From the NCBI RefSeq assembly GCF_009914755.1, contig NC_060929.1: DNA of 64,000 nt. One strand, written 5' to 3'. A program made the translations under genes and the position numbers. Each line of letters opens with the position of its first letter. The stretch's first letter is position 1. The notes beneath the pieces are model-generated. The model worked only from the letters and a program-made list of their open reading frames with translations. It did not search any database and was not told where the DNA came from. This DNA is from the human T2T-CHM13v2.0 reference genome, Homo sapiens. Shown here in pieces: positions 55,425 to 64,000 of this stretch.

Positions 55425-55896
55425 CTTCAGGAGCAAAGTGCCAGGAGGGAGAAGGCATCCAATATTGGAAAGAAATGGAAGGAAGAAAAGGAATCACATA
55501 TGGTTCTTGTTACTGTAGACAGTCACTCAGTCACCCAAACTGTTAAAGACTCTTTCCAACCCTTATTAATTATGTACTTAGAACTGGAAACTGCACCTTA
55601 AGGCAGTGCCAGAATCTGTTCAAAAGTATCAAAATGGGCCCAAATCAAGCTCTGTCACTTTAATCTCATATCCCTAACAAGTTATACTGATACAAAATAC
55701 CTACATACAACAGTTCTCTTTCCCAAACCAAGTAACTCCATAATATTTAATACAAAAACATCTTTTCTTTCTTTTGAATGGGAAAATCCATCAGTCTTCC
55801 ATCCAACATACCCTTTCTATCTTCACCCAGGGAAGGGAAGGGAATAGGAAACCTAATGAAAAAATATTCTAAGCCCTACACTGGACCTTTGCATCA

Positions 55897-56055
<159 letters not shown>

Positions 56056-56507
56056 TTAGTAAACTGAGCCCTGTACTTTCCGTCCTAGAAAACGGATGAG
56101 GCTGTAAAATAGGTGGCTGGCTGATTATCAGCAATGTCTTACTAGAATAAGACTAACTTGAGGCACAGAATAGCTGCAGTGGGATTAGGAGAGAATACTT
56201 CCAGTTCATCTGTTAATTGGTGATTATTCAAGAACTAGATTCATATATATACTACGTATCCTCCTCCTAACTCCAAATCCTCTAGCTTCATAACCATTAA
56301 GGCTTTATTTCAGAGAAGTCTTGCTCATCATTAAATTTCTCCCACCAGTTTGGCTAACTGTGCCAAATTTGCTCATTTTATGAGCAAATCCCTAAGGTCC
56401 TTTATATTAACTTGGTTTCTAGAAGAAAAAGGCTAACTCACTCAGAATCACAGGCATCTCAAACACATCATGGGAACAATACTGTGCATGCAAATATGGC
56501 CTATGTA

Positions 56508-56771
56508 GGCCAGGTGTGGTGGCTCACGTCTGTAATCCCAGCACTCTGGGAGGCCAAGGTGGGCGGATCACAAGGTCAGGAGTTCGAGAGCAGCCAGACC
56601 AACATGGTGAAACCCCATCTCTACTAAAAATACAAAAATTAGCCAGGCATGGTGGCACACGCCTGTAATCCTAGCTACTCAGGAGGCTGAGGTTGCAGTG
56701 AGCAGAGATTATGCCACTGCACTCCAGCCTGGGCAACAGAGCAAGACTCCAACTCAAAAAAAAAAAAAAAA
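56508..56771 (+). mobile_element. Alu (S-like) with an internal right-arm deletion
   Basis: aggaggctga|ggttgcagtg lacks about 30 nt of consensus; TSD-like atggcctatgta / atggcctgtgta. Confidence 0.88.
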
Positions 56772-57141
56772 TGGCCTGTGTAACTCACATCCTGCGGAAT
56801 TGGGATAGGAGAGTGGATTCATAAATCCATGACTTTGGGATCAGCACAATTATCAGTAGTTTGCAGACTGGTGAATGACTATTATCAAACTGTGTGTTAC
56901 CATGGTATTCACAGCCTCAGAGAAAAGGCAAAAAACATTAAGTTAAGATTAAATTCAGAATACAGGGTTCACAGAACTCTCCGTGGTGATGTATGGAATA
57001 AAGAAGATGCCTAATATCTCCTGAATAAACATAAGCATGAGTGAAGCTTAAAGATAGAAAGATGAAAGCCTTAAGGCGTAGCCCATCCATGCACAAAATA
57101 CAAAGTAGAAAACTGAAACTGTTTCTTAAGATTGACTGGTG

Positions 57142-58196
<1,055 letters not shown>

Positions 58197-58921
58197 CTAC
58201 AGAAATAACATCAATGTGAGTACTTCTCACCCCACTTCAGGGACTACTGGGACTGGAAGGAACCTAATAAACTACTTAATCCAAACTTCTCATGTTACAA
58301 ATGGAGGAACTGAGAGGAGTCAGAGAGATGACATGATCACCTAAAGTCACACGGCTTGGCAGCAGAGCCAAAACTAGAATTCAGGTTTTCATGTTCTTAG
58401 TTCAGCATGCTTTGTATTAAGAAGACAATTTCAACCTTTATGTTAAACCCTCCCTTGATTAGAAAATGTAAAGGTCAAGTAAATTAAATGTTCTAGTTAT
58501 ATAACTAATATATGTGCTACACAGATGATTATATAACCACATAAGTAATCAAGTTATCAGACATCAAAGATCATTTAAGTATTTACTACTGCAGAGAGAG
58601 TGTGTAAGGATAAATCTGTGCAGAGGTGACTAAAATAACAGGAAATTAGTCAATTTTTAACAGTTTAGTTTTTATTCCTAATTTATTAGGAGACTTATTA
58701 CTTTTATTTCTGGGTGGTAATGAAACTTACTTTATTCTTAATGTTTTTCTGTATTTTCCAGATTTTCTGTCTTATGTATTACTTACCCCCAACACAAACC
58801 AAAAACCAGTATATTATTTTTAAAATATGCACCATGTAACTAGATTACCTATTAGTAGCTGAACCCTCCCTAGGAGCGAGATGACTGACTCCTGTTCCAA
58901 GCCATGTGCATCCTGAGGTTA

Positions 58922-59134
<213 letters not shown>

Positions 59135-59215
59135 CTAGAGAAAAAACGAATCAGGCTCCCAGCAAGCTCTCCATCTCAGTAAGAAGCACAAGTATTATTA
59201 CCCATAATTCTCCCT

Positions 59216-59253
59216 ACCTCCTCTTTTGCCTGGGGGTGCTGGAATCCCCCCAC
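59216..59253 (+). repeat. Inverted intronic copy of an FH1 repeat unit
   Basis: 35/38 identity to the reverse complement of 57770-57807. Confidence 0.9.
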
Positions 59254-59293
59254 TGCCTCCTGTTCTGGGCCAGTACTTGATTTACAGAGCTCA

Positions 59294-59716
<423 letters not shown>

Positions 59717-60217
59717 CTATTTTTATAGTTAAAAAAAATAAGATTTTAAAGGTATTTAACGAGGACGACCATGGTAGTACAATCCCAATATTCTCTAGGA
59801 TCAAAAACCTATTAACCACAATAAACGTTCTTAAAAACTGAAGAGAAAAAGAGAACTCAGACATCCTCTAGTTCTATTGCTCTAAGGACCCCAGTTCCTA
59901 TTGTTCTAGGGGTAAGAGGCCTAAAATGCCAAGCAAACCTGAGAGTGCCATTACTATTACATGAGTATCATCTGTCTTTCTTTTCCTGCCCAGTAGCCCA
60001 AGAACTGAAAGTCCACCACTAGAGCTCCCTATGAAGACATCCATATCACTTTCTCCAATGACTACCCTATACTGGAAAGGTTTCCCCTGGGAACTACACT
60101 ATTGGGTGCTAAACGCTTCCAAAATACCACAGAGGAAAACTGTCTCATAGATCAGGAAAATAATAATTCTCAAAGAAAGATATACTCAAACACATGTTTT
60201 TGGTCTCTCATATGCAC

Positions 60218-60282
60218 CTTCTTTTCCAGCTCTGCAGCTTTGGCTTCAGATTTCTCCACCTTTGTCTTATCAATCATTTGAT
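60218..60282 (-). CDS. DIAPH1: DIAPH1 exon 14, (D)QMIDKTK...ELEKK
   Basis: ttcag|AT...AAG|gtgcat; 65 nt. Confidence 0.95.
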
Positions 60283-60675
60283 CTGAAAAGAAGAAGAGTC
60301 AGTAAGTAAAGCTCCTAATTCTCTTGTTCTATTTCTTTCACACTACACCCTTCCAAAGAACAGTCTTTTTGATCATTTTTATTATCTTTCTTAATGTTCT
60401 GCACTAGACAAAGAAATGGAACTTTCAGTTAAGTTCAACATGTAATCTGAGTGTGCGGTAAGGCCACCATGCTGGGTGGCAAGAAGAATGCCTATGAGTG
60501 ATATTTTTGACTCTCTGAGACCACCAGGAGTTCCTGCAAAAGGTGCTGGTGTGTGTTTTATCTAAAAATAAACTAAAGACCTATAGATTCCTAGCAAAGA
60601 TGCTGGTTATGACCTAAGAAAGGACAAAAATAGAACTATCTGGGGACTGGAAAGGTATCTTCTCTGACATTTTCA

Positions 60676-60909
<234 letters not shown>

Positions 60910-61461
60910 TCAGAAGTATTCAGGACCAAGAAAACGTAATTGCTCTGACAACTGAGAGACCTGGAAAAACTTTTGTAAAGTTAACACAAGTATTGCTGCC
61001 ATGCTAAGAAAACTCCTTTTTCCACATCAGCTACCCTACCCTATCTACTTCAAATAATCAAAACTTCTTGCCATCCGCTCCTAGTGCCAATACTTTCCCA
61101 TCTAAAAATTTGCGTTTGATCCTTCCTGTGATGGATAGTGCTATTGCTAAATCTATACTTCCAGGAAACTAGAAAGAATTTTAAATTGCCACTTCTGTTT
61201 GCTAACATCTTCATCCTATTTACCTACTCCCCTCCAAAAACAGAACGGCATTTCACCTTATACACTCTGACCTCTGCCATAGGGATGCCTTTGAGTTGGA
61301 TTAAAGAAATAAGACAACTTCCTTTATATCGGTGACTAATGAACCCTAATCTTGGGTCTTTGTCTTTACATTTTCCTTTTACAGAACAATCTTTGAATTT
61401 AAGGAATTCACTCTCTCCACTTAGGCTCAAATTCAAAACTTCTCATAAGCACAGCATCTTA

Positions 61462-62334
<873 letters not shown>

Positions 62335-62442
62335 TCAACAACAAAAGTAGAAGTCAGGGAACCCAAAAGTATCCTCTGTGGTTAGAAACCTAAGCTTTTC
62401 AACCTGGTTTTTAATTGAAAACCAGAATTATCCCCGGGATTA

Positions 62443-63252
<810 letters not shown>

Positions 63253-63639
63253 TTACACAGGGGCACAGACCGATTAGGAAACAGGACATTATCAGTGTTC
63301 CGGATTTCTCACATTATTATTCTCACCACTCAGTTTCCAGAAACTGCTGAAAGCTAAGGACCATCTCTTCAGGGAAATGCATTCCCTACAATCCATCCCT
63401 AGGCTCCTGTCCATAAATACCAAATCAAGTCCCCTATTCAATGAAGTATAAATTGATACAACTTTTGGAGGGGCATTTAACAGTACTAATCAATTTCTCA
63501 TGCATGTAACATATAGTCTACTTCTAGAAATGTATCCAACATATGGGCATAAATGTGAAAGAAGATATGCACAAGGATGTTCACTGCAGTATCATTTGTA
63601 AAAATGATCACCTAGAACAGATAGTGAAATCTGCTTTAA

Positions 63640-63998
<359 letters not shown>

Positions 63999-64000
63999 TA

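Overview
Primate (almost certainly human) genomic DNA containing the 3' part of DIAPH1 (diaphanous-related formin 1, mDia1, DFNA1) on the minus strand. Twenty coding exons (9-28 in the usual 28-exon numbering, recalled from knowledge) splice into one continuous frame covering the late DID/dimerisation region, coiled coil, FH1, FH2 and DAD, followed by part of the 3' UTR. Splicing is unusual: two AT-AC (U12-type) introns, one GC-AG intron and a 9-nt microexon. Introns carry about 45 Alus or Alu fragments, old L1/L2 debris, MaLR LTRs and DNA transposons. The best leads are: (1) a 38-nt inverted copy of an FH1 repeat unit in intron 14 that could pair with exon 16; (2) two phase-compatible candidate alternative exons in the last intron that would swap the tail after the DAD; (3) four strong, co-oriented CTCF motifs, consistent with the protocadherin cluster control region; (4) a young AluY next to the exon 16 donor and a perfect 58-bp tandem duplication. 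Exon coordinates were checked by hand against splice sites and frame. Repeat boundaries and subfamilies are approximate by-eye calls.
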